64,000 nt of DNA. Origin: an uncultured Methanomassiliicoccales archaeon (GTDB lineage Archaea > Thermoplasmatota > Thermoplasmata > Methanomassiliicoccales > UBA472). Numbering within the stretch: the first letter of the stretch is position 1; every line of letters starts with the position of its first letter. The DNA is taken from NCBI GenBank assembly GCA_963695345.1, contig OY968769.1:736001-800000 (forward strand). Reading direction: 5' to 3'. A program made the translations under genes and the position numbers. Of the stretch, positions 52,446 to 63,138 are shown piece after piece. Below the pieces are notes generated by a model that was not told the DNA's origin, did not search any database, and saw only the letters and a list, made by a program, of their open reading frames with translations.

Positions 52446-53592
52446 TCCTGATCACCTCGATGGGGCTGAGCTTGGAGGACTTGCGGGCCGGGATGGCCGC
52501 CGCCAGACCGGCCGCCAGGATGGCGATGGAGGTGGAAAGCAGAACGAACGCCGGATCGGCCGATATCTGCAGCAGGCTGCTCCCGTCCGGCTGCTTGGTG
52601 AAGGCGGTGAAGCCAATGATCATCACCACCCCCAATATCGCCCCTGCCACCGCCCCCAATACGCCCAGCATGGTCCCCTCGTAGATGAAGATCAGGCTGG
52701 CGTTGCGGTCGGTAATGCCCATGGCCTTCAGTATGCCTATCTGCCTGGACCGTTGCAGCACTTTGATCGCGAGGATACTGGCGATGGCTATGACCACCGA
52801 GGCCAGGACGAACGTCTGGATGATGATGCTGGAGAATCCCTGGCTCTGCAGGCCGCTGAGCAGCTGGGCGTTCTGCTGCTTCCAGTCGGTCACGACGATC
52901 GGCTGCCCGTTGAACTGCACGCGCACCTGCTCCGCCACCTTGTCCGCGGCGAACACGTCCTTGACCTTCATCTCGATGGCGGTCACTCCTCCGCCGTAGT
53001 CGAACATGGCCTGTGCCCCCGCCAGCGGCGTGAGGACCCAGAGCTTGTTGATGGCTTGGACCTTGAGGTCGAAGAGACCGGTTATCGTCAGGGTGAAGTT
53101 CTTCCCCGTCGGGGTGGTTATGCTGAAGGTATCTCCGATTCCCTTGCCCAGCTGGCCGGAGAGGTCCTTTCCGATGGCTACCTCCCCGGACGCGCTCGGG
53201 GCGGATCCTTGATAGATGGCCCTATCCAGATTATAGATGAGGGTGGCGTTCTGGAACTGCAGGCCTCTTACCAGGACCGATATCGTCCGGGAACCGTCCC
53301 TGAGGAACGACGGCGAATCGGCTGACACCGATATCGCGGTTACCGCCGATATCTGGTTCAGGCCGTCGACCATCTGCTGCCAATCGGTCAGAATGGTCAC
53401 GTTGGCGTCGGGGGAGATGGTCACCTGCGGCGAACTCCCCACCGCCGCATCCAGCAGACTGCTCTGCAGGCTGGAGACCAGAGATCCCACGAACACCTGG
53501 ACGGAGACCCCGATGGCGATCCCCAGAACTATGAGGACGGTCTGCACCTTGTTCGACCGGAGGAATCTCAGCGCTATGCGGAACGAGACCAT
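52438..53592 (-). CDS. ABC transporter permease (FtsX/LolE-like)
   Basis: N-terminal TM, extracytoplasmic domain, QRSRQIGILKAMG and AAAIPARKSSKLSPIEVIR. Overlaps the ATPase start. Confidence 0.92.
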   Translation of the reverse strand: MVSFRIALRFLRSNKVQTVLIVLGIAIGVSVQVFVGSLVSSLQSSLLDAAVGSSPQVTISPDANVTILTDWQQMVDGLNQISAVTAISVSADSPSFLRDGSRTISVLVRGLQFQNATLIYNLDRAIYQGSAPSASGEVAIGKDLSGQLGKGIGDTFSITTPTGKNFTLTITGLFDLKVQAINKLWVLTPLAGAQAMFDYGGGVTAIEMKVKDVFAADKVAEQVRVQFNGQPIVVTDWKQQNAQLLSGLQSQGFSSIIIQTFVLASVVIAIASILAIKVLQRSRQIGILKAMGITDRNASLIFIYEGTMLGVLGAVAGAILGVVMIIGFTAFTKQPDGSSLLQISADPAFVLLSTSIAILAAGLAAAIPARKSSKLSPIEVIRNG

Positions 53593-53596
53593 GGGA

Positions 53597-54298
53597 TCAG
53601 TCGCCTCCGAGTGCTAAGATCTCTTTGAACGATGACAGGTGCGCATCGGCCCCGATCTCGTTCCAGGCATTCGGGTTGCTTTCCAGGGCCACGCCCCCTA
53701 CGATTATCATGACCTCCTTACCAGGGAATCTCTCCCTGAGCTTCTTTATCGCCCTTCCAGCGGCGAACAGCGCATAGCTGCTGGTGGCGCTGATGCCCAG
53801 TATCTTGGGGTGGAAATACTCCGCCGCGGAGACTATGTCAGCGAACGGGGTGTTGGCCCCGATCAGCGCCACGTCATAGCCAGCTATGGTGAACATGTCC
53901 GCCACCATCCTGATGCCGAGCTCGTGGTATTCCTCGGTGGGGCAGACCAGCACCACCCATCCCTTCCCTTTGGCACCGGGGCGGCCCCTTCTTTCTTTCA
54001 TCACGTAAGCATGACAGCTTTCGATTATGGTGCGTACGATGGAGGTGCGCATATGCTCCTTCCATATGCACCATTGCCTTTCTTTTAGCGGGCATGTCAT
54101 GTTCTTCAATGCGGGCGCCAGTATGCCCTCGTATAATGTGGGAACGTCGACCTCTTCCCGTTCCAGCAGGCCTAGGGCGTAATGGATGGCACCTTCCTTG
54201 TCCTCTGCTGTGAGCAATTCTAGAAACTTGTCATAATGTTCTGTCAACGCACCCACATCCAGTTTGAGCCCACCTTCCGATTGGATTCCCTTGGACAA
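53597..54298 (-). CDS. Stand-alone cobalamin-binding domain protein
   Basis: LYEGILAPAL...IWKEH, CPTEEYHELG (E-x-H), LIGANTP and IIVGGVA. Ends 4 nt upstream of the permease. The start codon is uncertain. Confidence 0.85.
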   Translation of the reverse strand: MSKGIQSEGGLKLDVGALTEHYDKFLELLTAEDKEGAIHYALGLLEREEVDVPTLYEGILAPALKNMTCPLKERQWCIWKEHMRTSIVRTIIESCHAYVMKERRGRPGAKGKGWVVLVCPTEEYHELGIRMVADMFTIAGYDVALIGANTPFADIVSAAEYFHPKILGISATSSYALFAAGRAIKKLRERFPGKEVMIIVGGVALESNPNAWNEIGADAHLSSFKEILALGGD

Positions 54299-54507
54299 TA
54301 TTTAATTGTTTACGCTGGCCCTGAAAAAACTTGGAACGTTGCTTAGCGGTCTGCCACACTGATCAAGAATTGGATCGTTTATGTGAACGATAGGCAACTT
54401 GATAAGTAGGGCTATGTCCATTTATCATAGAAAAAACCCAAAAAAACCGCTCATTCACAAGATGCACATATAAATCATTCTAATAATTGTTAAACAACGG
54501 GAGAGTA

Positions 54508-56250
54508 ATGCAGATGGTCGATGAAAGCGAAGACTGTTACCATGCGATATTCGAGAATTGCTTTGACGCCCTGATGCTGACAAAGCCCGATGGAAGCATA
54601 CTCGCCGCCAACCATTCGGCCTGCAGTCTGTTCCAGATGAGCCAGGAGGATATCGTCCAGGCAGGCAGATCTGGCATTGTAGAAGACGATTCTGTGTTGA
54701 GGCAGGCTTTATTGGACCGCGAGAAGGAAGGATACGTTTCCGCTGATCTCACCTACATCCGGAAGGATGGTACCAAGTTCATCGGCCAGACCAGGTCCAA
54801 GATGTTCGTCGATCGTGACGGCGTCGAAAAGACCACCATGATAATCAGGGAGGTCACCGACCAGAGGAGGATGGAAAGAGAACTGAATATCAGTGAGAAG
54901 AAGCTTAGGGCGGTTTTTGAGGCGATGGCGGACGCGGCATTCCTCATCGACCAGAAAACCGGCAGGATAATTGACGCGAACCCGACGGCCAGCCGCATTT
55001 ACGGTTATGACCGGGAAGAACTCACCTCGATGAACGCGGTCGATATCTCAAACGAACCGGAGAAAACCTCCATTCTCCTGAGGGATCCTGTGCCTTCGGT
55101 ACCATTGCGTTTCCATCGGCGCAAGGATGGCATGGTATTCCCAGTTGAATTGACCGCCAGTACCTTCATGTTCAGCGGCAACACCATGATAATCACCACC
55201 GCCAGGGACATCACGGAGAGGAGGAGGATGCTCGAGGCTTTGCAGGACAGCGAAGAAAAGTACAAGGATACGTTCGAGACGGTCTCCGATGGCCTGGTCC
55301 TGATCGATCAGGAGGCCGGAACCATCCTGGAATGTAACATATCATTCAACCGGATGCATGGCTATCCCGAGGGCGAGCTGATCGGTTTACCGAATACCAT
55401 AATATCCGCCGAGCCAGAGGTGGAGGGTTTGATCCCTGCACCGGGCCTGAGAAACGTTCCGACCGAATTCCACAGGAGAAAGGACGGCAGCTTGTTTCCG
55501 GTCGAGATCATGACCAGCGTCATGAATCTGCATGGCCGCAAGGTGGTCATCGGCGCTGTAAGGGATACCACGGAAAAGAGACGCACCGAGGAGGCGCTGC
55601 GGCAGGCCAATAGGAGGCTCAACCTGCTCTTCAGCATCACACGGCATGACATCAACAACCAGATCACTTTGCTGGGTGGATATCTCAATCTCCTGGAAGA
55701 TACGAATTCCAACGCCTCGATGGACAAGTATATCCGAGAGGTCAAGACGGCGGCGGGCCGGATATCCACGATGATCCATTTCACCAAGGAATGCGAGATG
55801 ATAGGCGCTCAGGCATCGGCCTGGCAGAACTGCCACTCATTGATAGAGAAGTTCTCCAAGGAATTGAAACTGGACAATATCTGGGTGAATAACGACCTGC
55901 CGAGAGACATCGAGGTCTTTGCAGACCCGCTCATCGGGAAGGTGTTCTACAACCTGATGGACAACGCCATACGTCACGGCGGGAAGACCACGTACATCCG
56001 GTTCGGGGCGCAAGAAAGAGGTGACGCTATGACCCTGACCTGCGAGGATGACGGTATCGGTATCCCTGACAAGGAAAAGGACCTCATCTTCAAGATGGGT
56101 TTCGGCAAGCATACTGGCCTCGGTCTTGCCCTGTCCCGGGAGATCCTGAACATAACGGGGTTGAACATCCGGGAAATCGGGATACCGGGCAAAGGGGCGA
56201 TGTTCGAGATCGAAGTACCGGTCGAGATGCATAGGCGAACTGGTCGGTGA
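54508..56250 (+). CDS. Cytoplasmic multi-PAS histidine kinase
   Basis: Three PAS domains (RKDG..F motifs), ITRHDINNQ, VFYNLMDNAIRHG, EDDGIG and GLGL. Confidence 0.93.
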   Translation: MQMVDESEDCYHAIFENCFDALMLTKPDGSILAANHSACSLFQMSQEDIVQAGRSGIVEDDSVLRQALLDREKEGYVSADLTYIRKDGTKFIGQTRSKMFVDRDGVEKTTMIIREVTDQRRMERELNISEKKLRAVFEAMADAAFLIDQKTGRIIDANPTASRIYGYDREELTSMNAVDISNEPEKTSILLRDPVPSVPLRFHRRKDGMVFPVELTASTFMFSGNTMIITTARDITERRRMLEALQDSEEKYKDTFETVSDGLVLIDQEAGTILECNISFNRMHGYPEGELIGLPNTIISAEPEVEGLIPAPGLRNVPTEFHRRKDGSLFPVEIMTSVMNLHGRKVVIGAVRDTTEKRRTEEALRQANRRLNLLFSITRHDINNQITLLGGYLNLLEDTNSNASMDKYIREVKTAAGRISTMIHFTKECEMIGAQASAWQNCHSLIEKFSKELKLDNIWVNNDLPRDIEVFADPLIGKVFYNLMDNAIRHGGKTTYIRFGAQERGDAMTLTCEDDGIGIPDKEKDLIFKMGFGKHTGLGLALSREILNITGLNIREIGIPGKGAMFEIEVPVEMHRRTGR

Positions 56251-56529
56251 GAAGGAGTTCATATCGATCGATGCCGTCAGGACGGACAGTCAGGACGCAT
56301 AGGATTTCATCCCCGCAGCAAGATGATTATTTTCAATTGTGAATATTGATAATTGGAGATTTAACGGGTGCCATGTCGGATGGAATCAATAACGACCACA
56401 AGAATCGGTGGACAGGGTTCGATTTCTGAAAATAGCCCTCCCAAAGTTATTTCAAATGACGCGTATCAATAATGGATATTATCGCTCCGTGAAACTGAGA
56501 GGTAGCCGAAAACTGGATGGTCCGCCTTG

Positions 56530-56980
56530 AAACCCATGACCCGACGATGCGGCCGAAGATCCCTTTCACTTCTTAGTCGCTGCACAGCCTCCAAAGTTCC
56601 GGCTGGGCCTTTTCTTCCTCGTAGTCGATGTGTTCGAGGTAAGAAGGCCACGAAGCGGTTCCAGGCCAGGTAGAGCTCCTGGAACAGCGCTCTTTTCTCC
56701 GTTGGCGTGACGGAGGCGCCCATCATCATCTCGGCCATGGCCAGGATATCGTCCAGCTAGCGGTGCATCGCCGTGTGGTCCTGCTCCAGCGATGGATATG
56801 GACCTCCTCCATGCGGGCGTGATTGCGCAATTCGTCCCGGAACGCGCCCATGCGGGCGATCAATCCCGACAGGCCCTCGGGGCTTTCCGGCTCGGCCTGG
56901 CCAGCCAGTTCTGAAATGCGGAACATCTCAAGACGCTGGCCCTTGTGTATGTTCTTGTATAGGTCGAAGGTGGATGGCAT
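56530..56980 (-). pseudogene. Hemerythrin-like (HHE) domain protein, disrupted
   Basis: DLYKNIHKGQR...HARMEEVHIH / LEQDHTAMHR*LDDIL...LYLAWNRFVAF / YLEHIDYEEEKAQPELWRLCSD*. An apparent deletion, frameshifts and two stops. The 3' end is approximate. Confidence 0.7.
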
Positions 56981-57133
56981 GGTGAACAGATGGCTGCTGG
57001 ACAGCATATAAGCCGGGCGATGCGCTCGAATAATGAGGGCGAATGCCGGCCCATTCCGGTGTATTGGCCATCGCCGACAATCCGCCCTTGAGGAACGGGG
57101 CCGGGACCGGACCGTCGCATTATGGGAAGGATC

Positions 57134-57532
57134 TCAACGGCCGATCATGCCCGCCAGCATCCTCTCCCCTTGGACAAAGCTAGGGACCCCTCTCAGCCAA
57201 AGGACCATCTTCAGCGTTTCGTAAATCTCGGCATCGCTGGCCCCTGCCCGCTTGGCCTTCTCGAGGACCTTGTGGGTCTGACCCTCCTGCCTCTCCACCA
57301 GTGCCACAGCCAGGGCGATGAGGTGCTTCTCCTTTCGGGTAAGGGCGCCTTCCTTCCATACGTCGTCATACAGGTCGGCGATGACCTTCTCCAGGTTCCC
57401 TCCGATCTCCTCATCGATCTTGCCCGCCCCGGTCAGGGCCAGGGGGACATATCCTATCTTCTCCTCCAGGTCGCACTTGTGGCGGGACTTCCGGCATGCT
57501 CCAGCCTTCTCTTCCGTGGGCGTATCCGTCAT
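57134..57532 (-). CDS. Carboxymuconolactone decarboxylase (CMD/AhpD-like) family protein
   Basis: EGALTRKEKHLIALAVA...AKRAGASDAEIYETL...GVP. No AhpD CxxC. Confidence 0.85.
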   Translation of the reverse strand: MTDTPTEEKAGACRKSRHKCDLEEKIGYVPLALTGAGKIDEEIGGNLEKVIADLYDDVWKEGALTRKEKHLIALAVALVERQEGQTHKVLEKAKRAGASDAEIYETLKMVLWLRGVPSFVQGERMLAGMIGR

Positions 57533-57587
57533 GAGTTATCGTTCTCACCGCCACCTATTTCAAGATTGCATCCGGCCATTTCCATGC

Positions 57588-58232
57588 TCAGAGGTTAAGC
57601 GTCACGGAGTACGTCCCCCCATCGGCGACCGTCAAGGTCCGCAGGTCGCTGTGATCGATACCGCTGGTACCAGGCGCCGTCCCGACTATGGTGATCTGTT
57701 TCTGACCGGTGAAGGCCCAGGGAAAACGGTAGGGGATCGATATGATGCGTATCGTCCCGGGGGCGATGTCGTCCTGCTCAACGATAGCGCCATCGATCCG
57801 TACCTCAAAGTGTTCGGTCCGGGTCAGACCCGTGCCTTTGACGGCAACGTTTAGAGTGCTGGTGCAGAGAGGTGCAAAGACCAATGATATTACCATCAAG
57901 ATCAGGACGCCGGTCAGCAGATAGCTCATCCGCGTGAGTGCTTTCCTTGATTTGACCCGGTGGTCCTCCTGCATCTTCCTGCGGGTCATCCCATCATAGG
58001 GCTCGGCTTTCTCCAGGTCGGCCACTCTGAGAGACTGGCCGCATTCTACGCAATACGTCAATGTCCATCCGTTGACGACACCGCAACGCGGACACGTCTT
58101 CGTCCATCGGGAATGCCTCGGATGTTCCTTTGCCCCGGTAATCTGAGAATGGACCGGAAGGTCACGGCCGCATTGGTTACATGCAACGGAATTTTCGGAG
58201 TTGATGGACCCGCAATTTTCGCATTCGATCAA
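57588..58232 (-). CDS. Double zinc-ribbon membrane protein
   Basis: CENCG..CNQCG and CPRCG..CVECG, one TM and a C-terminal beta-rich domain. Confidence 0.8.
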   Translation of the reverse strand: MIECENCGSINSENSVACNQCGRDLPVHSQITGAKEHPRHSRWTKTCPRCGVVNGWTLTYCVECGQSLRVADLEKAEPYDGMTRRKMQEDHRVKSRKALTRMSYLLTGVLILMVISLVFAPLCTSTLNVAVKGTGLTRTEHFEVRIDGAIVEQDDIAPGTIRIISIPYRFPWAFTGQKQITIVGTAPGTSGIDHSDLRTLTVADGGTYSVTLNL

Positions 58233-58331
58233 GCCCTTACTTCCTGCCTTGACTTGAGCTAGGAGATAGTGTGGGAGACCCCGGCTTTTAATGGTTGGCG
58301 TTAATGAGCTTGTGCGGGCTTGTTCACTTCG

Positions 58332-58763
58332 TTAGCGCTCTCCGGTTTTATCTCCCACGATCTTTTTAAGGTCGACCTCAACGAACAGTCCTTTTCCTTC
58401 CGCGACCAACGCGTTCGTCCTCCCGTTGACGATGGTCGCGTTGACGTGGATCTTCCGACCGTCCCGCTTCTTGACCTCGGCCTCGCAGACCAAGGGGTCG
58501 CCCACTAAAGCCGGGTTTCGATAGTCTACGGTCATGTTCGCGATGACCGCAACGACATCATCCCGCGCGATGGCATGGAACATCACCTCGTCGAAAAGGA
58601 TGCAGGTCACTCCCCCATGCATCAGGCCAGGATATCCTGTGTACTCCGGCTTCACAATGAATTCTATGTGAGCCTTGTTCCCACGATACTCCTTCTTCAA
58701 ATGGAGACCGGACGGATTGTCCGCCCCGCAGCCGAAGCAACGACTAATGTCTACAGCGTTCAT
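58332..58763 (-). CDS. PaaI/hot-dog thioesterase
   Basis: CFGCGADNPSGL...GYPGLMHGGV..LFDE. ATG at 58763 follows CAGGTGA. Confidence 0.9.
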   Translation of the reverse strand: MNAVDISRCFGCGADNPSGLHLKKEYRGNKAHIEFIVKPEYTGYPGLMHGGVTCILFDEVMFHAIARDDVVAVIANMTVDYRNPALVGDPLVCEAEVKKRDGRKIHVNATIVNGRTNALVAEGKGLFVEVDLKKIVGDKTGER

Positions 58764-58976
58764 GATAGTCACCTGATACCGAACATAAACTGGCGGCATG
58801 ATGCGATGGCGCATCCTAACGCAAGCAGAGAATGTATCTAGGGCAAATAAGAAGGATGCTATTCGAGGCCCGATCAGATTCCCTTGGACCGGGTACTGCC
58901 TCTTCTCGGGACCGGGGCGAATGTCTTTGCGCCCTGATGCAAAGGGATTTAATCTGGCGCTTGGCTATTATTCACC

Positions 58977-59549
58977 ATGAGAAAAATTACCGTGTTCAAT
59001 TACGTCAGCCTTGATGGTTACTTCACCGGACTGCTGGGGGAGATCGACTGGTTCAAGTCGATCAGGAAGGACGAGGAGTTCGATCGAGTAACCCATGAAC
59101 AGGCGAAATCGGGAGGAACCATTCTCCTCGGCCATACGACCTATGAGATGATGAAGAACTACTGGCCCACACCAGAGGCGATAGCGACCGATCCGGGAAT
59201 GGCCAAGGCAATGAACAGCGGGGCGAAGATCGTTTTCTCCCGGAGGCTTGAGAGCGTGGAGGAAGGTCCGAACTGGAAGAACGTCACCCTGATGAAGGAG
59301 ATCAACAAGGAGAACATGACCAAGCTCAAGAAGCAGAAGGGGAAGGACATCGTCATAATCGGCAGCGGATCGGTCGTTCGACAGCTGACCGACCTTGACC
59401 TGGTCGACGAGTATCAGCTGATGGTGGTCCCGGTCATCCTGGGAGCAGGAAAGAGCTTCTTCTCCAACGTCCGGCAGATGGACCTTGAGCTCATGGAAGG
59501 AAAGGTATTCAAAAACGGCGTGGTCCAGCTGAGGTATAGGCCGGCCTGA
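58977..59549 (+). CDS. Dihydrofolate reductase-like (RibD C-terminal domain) protein
   Basis: VSLDGYF, LLGHTTYE, GSGSVVRQL, LVDEYQL and PVILGAG. Confidence 0.9.
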   Translation: MRKITVFNYVSLDGYFTGLLGEIDWFKSIRKDEEFDRVTHEQAKSGGTILLGHTTYEMMKNYWPTPEAIATDPGMAKAMNSGAKIVFSRRLESVEEGPNWKNVTLMKEINKENMTKLKKQKGKDIVIIGSGSVVRQLTDLDLVDEYQLMVVPVILGAGKSFFSNVRQMDLELMEGKVFKNGVVQLRYRPA

Positions 59550-59616
59550 GGAACGTAGGGCTGCGGCCCTATCCGAAGCTATTCTTTAAGTATCCCGGGC
59601 TCACAGAATCCGATCC

Positions 59617-60066
59617 ATGAGGTCCATTAACCCGTATTTGAACTTCAAGGACAAGACGGAAGAGGCGTTCAATTTTTACCGGTCGGTCCTGGGCGGGGAG
59701 TTCACGATGCTGCAGAGGTTCAAGGACATGCCTCCGGGCATGGGAGAGGTGGCCGAGAGCGAAAAGGAGCTGATACTGCATGTCTCGCTCGTCCTGGAGA
59801 AGGGGGTCGTCATCATGGGCAGCGATGCCCCGGAAGCCCATGGGCTGAAGGTGATCACCGGCAACAACGTCCACATGATGATCAACACAGAAAGCGAAGA
59901 GGAGGCGCAAAGGATCTTCAATGGCCTCTCTGAGGGCGGGAAGGTCACGATGCCGCTGCAGAAGGCGTTCTGGGGAGCCCTGTACGCCTCCTTCTCCGAT
60001 AAGTACGGCGTCAACTGGATGATCAATTACGATCTGCAGCCGAGACCGTTGGAAGCTGGCTTCTGA
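59617..60066 (+). CDS. VOC/PhnB-like protein
   Basis: INPYLNF...EEAFNFY...ILH..L...IMGSD...MPLQKAFWGA...DKYGVNWMIN. Confidence 0.9.
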   Translation: MRSINPYLNFKDKTEEAFNFYRSVLGGEFTMLQRFKDMPPGMGEVAESEKELILHVSLVLEKGVVIMGSDAPEAHGLKVITGNNVHMMINTESEEEAQRIFNGLSEGGKVTMPLQKAFWGALYASFSDKYGVNWMINYDLQPRPLEAGF

Positions 60067-60317
60067 CGAATAATGGAGAAGGTCCGGACGATCGGGACGG
60101 TGCGACCGCCCAGGCCGATCTGTATTGACATCGCTCCTGGAGGGGCTGCCGGCTCAATCCTGGCCACCATTTCGTAGCCCGATTGCGATAACCGGTTGGA
60201 AGGTCTCCTTTGCGGCTCCAATCATACTTATAATCACAGTCCGTATAATCCTCGAATTTCCGGCAATGCCTGGAATTCGGTCATGTAAAGTGACCATCGT
60301 CCAAGGGGAGGAATAGG

Positions 60318-61163
60318 ATGAGCAGCAAATTAGGGTCAGCGACTTCGAGGTTCGCGAGCGGAACACCCCCGCAAGACTATTTGGTTAGCGGGGAGAACAT
60401 CAAATGGAGCGGCAAGCCAGCGGCGATCGTGATCTTGGGGAGAGGTCTGCTGCTGACATTGTTTTCCGTGGCCTATTTCATCAGCATGCTTTCCTATAAC
60501 GGTGACCGGGGGAACCTTCTGCCGGTTGCGGTCGGCGCCGTTGCCTGTCTCTTCATGATCTGGGACGAACGCCGCTTTGGGCTCTTGGGAGGTCTGGTGG
60601 GCATCGGGATCGCCGTCGTGGCGATCATCTCGAACGGCGGTCTGAGCTGGTATTGGTACTTGATTCCGCTGGTGTTCGCCCTGATCGTGCTGCTGTTCAA
60701 CTACATCTACCTGAACCGGGTCCTGTTCATCATCACGGACCGGCGGATCATATCCAGATATGGCATCTTCTCCTTACGCTATGCGGAGATCGGGGTCGAC
60801 AAGATCCAGAACGTGACGGTCATACAGCCCTGGTACGAAAGACTGCTCGGCTACGGGGATATCTTCTTCGCCACATCGGGCGAGAAGGGCGGGATCGACT
60901 ACGAATCCCCCGGCCTTAAATTGAGGAGCGGAGGGGCGGTAAGCTGGGAGAATGTCGACAAACCATTCGTGGTAATCAGGATCGCCAGCACGGTGGTCAA
61001 TCCGGCGGCCTCGCCGGTTACGGTGGTCAATCAGCCTGGACCACAACCCACAACAAACAATACATCCGACCGATTGAGGGAACTGGATGACCTGAGACAG
61101 AAAGGCCTGGTCACCCAGCAGGAATACGATGAGAAGAGGAAGCAGATACTGGCAAAGCTTTGA
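60318..61163 (+). CDS. Membrane protein with bacterial PH domain and C-terminal SHOCT
   Basis: Four TM segments, FIITDRRII...GIFS...IQNV...ERLLGYGDI and LRELDDLRQKGLVTQQEYDEKRKQIL. Confidence 0.85.
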   Translation: MSSKLGSATSRFASGTPPQDYLVSGENIKWSGKPAAIVILGRGLLLTLFSVAYFISMLSYNGDRGNLLPVAVGAVACLFMIWDERRFGLLGGLVGIGIAVVAIISNGGLSWYWYLIPLVFALIVLLFNYIYLNRVLFIITDRRIISRYGIFSLRYAEIGVDKIQNVTVIQPWYERLLGYGDIFFATSGEKGGIDYESPGLKLRSGGAVSWENVDKPFVVIRIASTVVNPAASPVTVVNQPGPQPTTNNTSDRLRELDDLRQKGLVTQQEYDEKRKQILAKL

Positions 61164-61315
61164 GCCAGGACGATAAAGGATGGATGGAGACCCGTCCCAG
61201 GTAAGAATGGCGGATTGGGAAACCCCGATGATGCCCCGTTACCATATCTCAGAGATCACCGTTCTGAACGGCACAGTGATTGATAGGCCTGATTTCTGAC
61301 GCCTTCGATTCCTGT

Positions 61316-62656
61316 TCAGGACCCGATTGCTCTTTCCTCATCTATTGGCTCCCCCGATTTCTGTACCGGGATTCCAGTAATCCTTACCTGGACGATGCGT
61401 TTTCCAGCGACCTTCTCTACCTGGAACACCAGCCCTTCATACTCCACCGTGGGTTTCTCCTTGACCGCTGGTATCCTTCCTAACTGACCGGTCAGGAAAC
61501 CGTTCAACGTGTCATACTCTTCCTCCGGAAGATGCACTCCGGTCAGATCGCTGATCTTTTCCAGACCGACGACTCCCTTCACCAGATAGGTGTTGCCGTC
61601 GATCGTTTCAATTTCATTTTCTTCCTCATCGAACTCGTCGCACAGACCCCCGACGATCTCCTCCAGGATATCCTCCACGGTCACGATGCCGGCGGTCCCC
61701 CCGTACTCGTCGACGACGATGGCGATATTCTGTTTCTCCTTCTGGAATTTCTTCAGCATATCGTTGATGGGGATGCCCTCGGGGACCGACAGGATGTTCC
61801 TGATCATACCGTCAAATCCTTCCAGGTCATTGCGGATCTTGTGTTCGTAAATATCTTTGATATTGATGAAACCGACCACATTGTCGGTGTTGTCCACACA
61901 CACCGGATATCTGGTATATTTCTCCCTCATGGCCGTATCCAGTACACTGTCGATGGAATCCCCCTTGAAAACACATACTATGTCCATGCGAGGCACCATC
62001 ACGTCCTTGACGATCTTGTCCGAACTTTCAAAGATATTGTCCACATATGTCAGCTCAGTCTTGTCGATAAGACCGTGCTTGTAACTTTCCTCGGCCAATA
62101 TCATGATCTCTTCGTCCGAGTGGGCCGATCCGTGCACATCTGCCATCGAGCGGCCCATAAGCCTGAGCAAACCGTTCGTGGCATGGTTGAACAGCCACAT
62201 TATCGGATAGGTCAACTTGTAGAAAAAGACCAGAGGCATTGCCGTGGCGGTGGAATACTTCACTGCATCCAGTATCGCCAGTGACTTAGGGACGAGCTCT
62301 CCCAACACGATGTGAAGGATCGTGATCATCAAGAAACCCACAGCGATGGAGACGGTGTGGATCATGCCCTCGTCCAACCCGACATAGCTCAGGAGCGGCC
62401 CTATCAACGCCGAGACCACTGGTTCGCCTATCCAACCTAAAGCAAGCGAGGCGATCGTTATTCCCAATTGACAGGCGGACAGGTATGAGTTCAGATCATT
62501 GACCACTTTCTGAGCATATCTCGCTCCGATACCGCCACTGGATGCGAGGACGTCGATCTGCGTTTTTCTGACCTTAACCAGCGCGAACTCCGCGATGACG
62601 AAGAACGCATTCATCGCGATGAAGAAGATGACTAAGAAAATATCCAGAATAATCAT
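61316..62656 (-). CDS. Hemolysin/CNNM (DUF21)-CBS-CorC family transporter
   Basis: NAFFVIAEFALV, QLGITIASLALGW, GELVPK, MVPR, VDEYGGTAGIVTVEDILEEIVG and YDTLNGF. Confidence 0.95.
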   Translation of the reverse strand: MIILDIFLVIFFIAMNAFFVIAEFALVKVRKTQIDVLASSGGIGARYAQKVVNDLNSYLSACQLGITIASLALGWIGEPVVSALIGPLLSYVGLDEGMIHTVSIAVGFLMITILHIVLGELVPKSLAILDAVKYSTATAMPLVFFYKLTYPIMWLFNHATNGLLRLMGRSMADVHGSAHSDEEIMILAEESYKHGLIDKTELTYVDNIFESSDKIVKDVMVPRMDIVCVFKGDSIDSVLDTAMREKYTRYPVCVDNTDNVVGFINIKDIYEHKIRNDLEGFDGMIRNILSVPEGIPINDMLKKFQKEKQNIAIVVDEYGGTAGIVTVEDILEEIVGGLCDEFDEEENEIETIDGNTYLVKGVVGLEKISDLTGVHLPEEEYDTLNGFLTGQLGRIPAVKEKPTVEYEGLVFQVEKVAGKRIVQVRITGIPVQKSGEPIDEERAIGS

Positions 62657-63138
62657 TTACCTATTCAATCCTTCTGTAATTTATGTAATGTATATCTATA
62701 TTAAATAGAAAATGGCAAAATGCCATAACCCATACCTACAACAATTCATCACCGATTTCATAAATAAAGTTATCTTCGCCATCAGAACTGGAGTGATGAC
62801 CGTTCTGGACGCGTACTGACTGGCCAATCGACCCATCCTTCACTCATGCGATCCCTCCGTTCTCTTGACTCCATGGCATGATTGAAAGAATGCGGCAAGA
62901 ACTGCGTATTCATTAGATCCGATAGACCATATCGTTGTTTCTTTTTAAAGGCAGTTCTCAATTGTTGGAGGGCCTTTGCCGATTTCATCACGCCCGCGGC
63001 TGTCGGCAGTTCCTAGGTCTTTCATAGCGGCCATGCTGACCGACTCTCATTGACATCAGTGCCATATCTGGACTGATGGGAGAGGTATCCTAACGCGAAG
63101 TCGCTTGAACCCTCATTACGGCCGGGACCATTTGAATG

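Noticed and set aside
56757-56759. In-frame TAG in the hemerythrin-like gene as a pyrrolysine codon
   Set aside because: The same gene has an apparent deletion, frameshifts and a TAA, so a CAG-to-TAG mutation in a pseudogene is simpler.
62660-63138. Intergenic region upstream of the CNNM/CBS transporter as a metal riboswitch, and ORF 62782..62991
   Set aside because: I recognised no M-box, yybP-ykoY or fluoride motif, and the ORF has no identifiable features.
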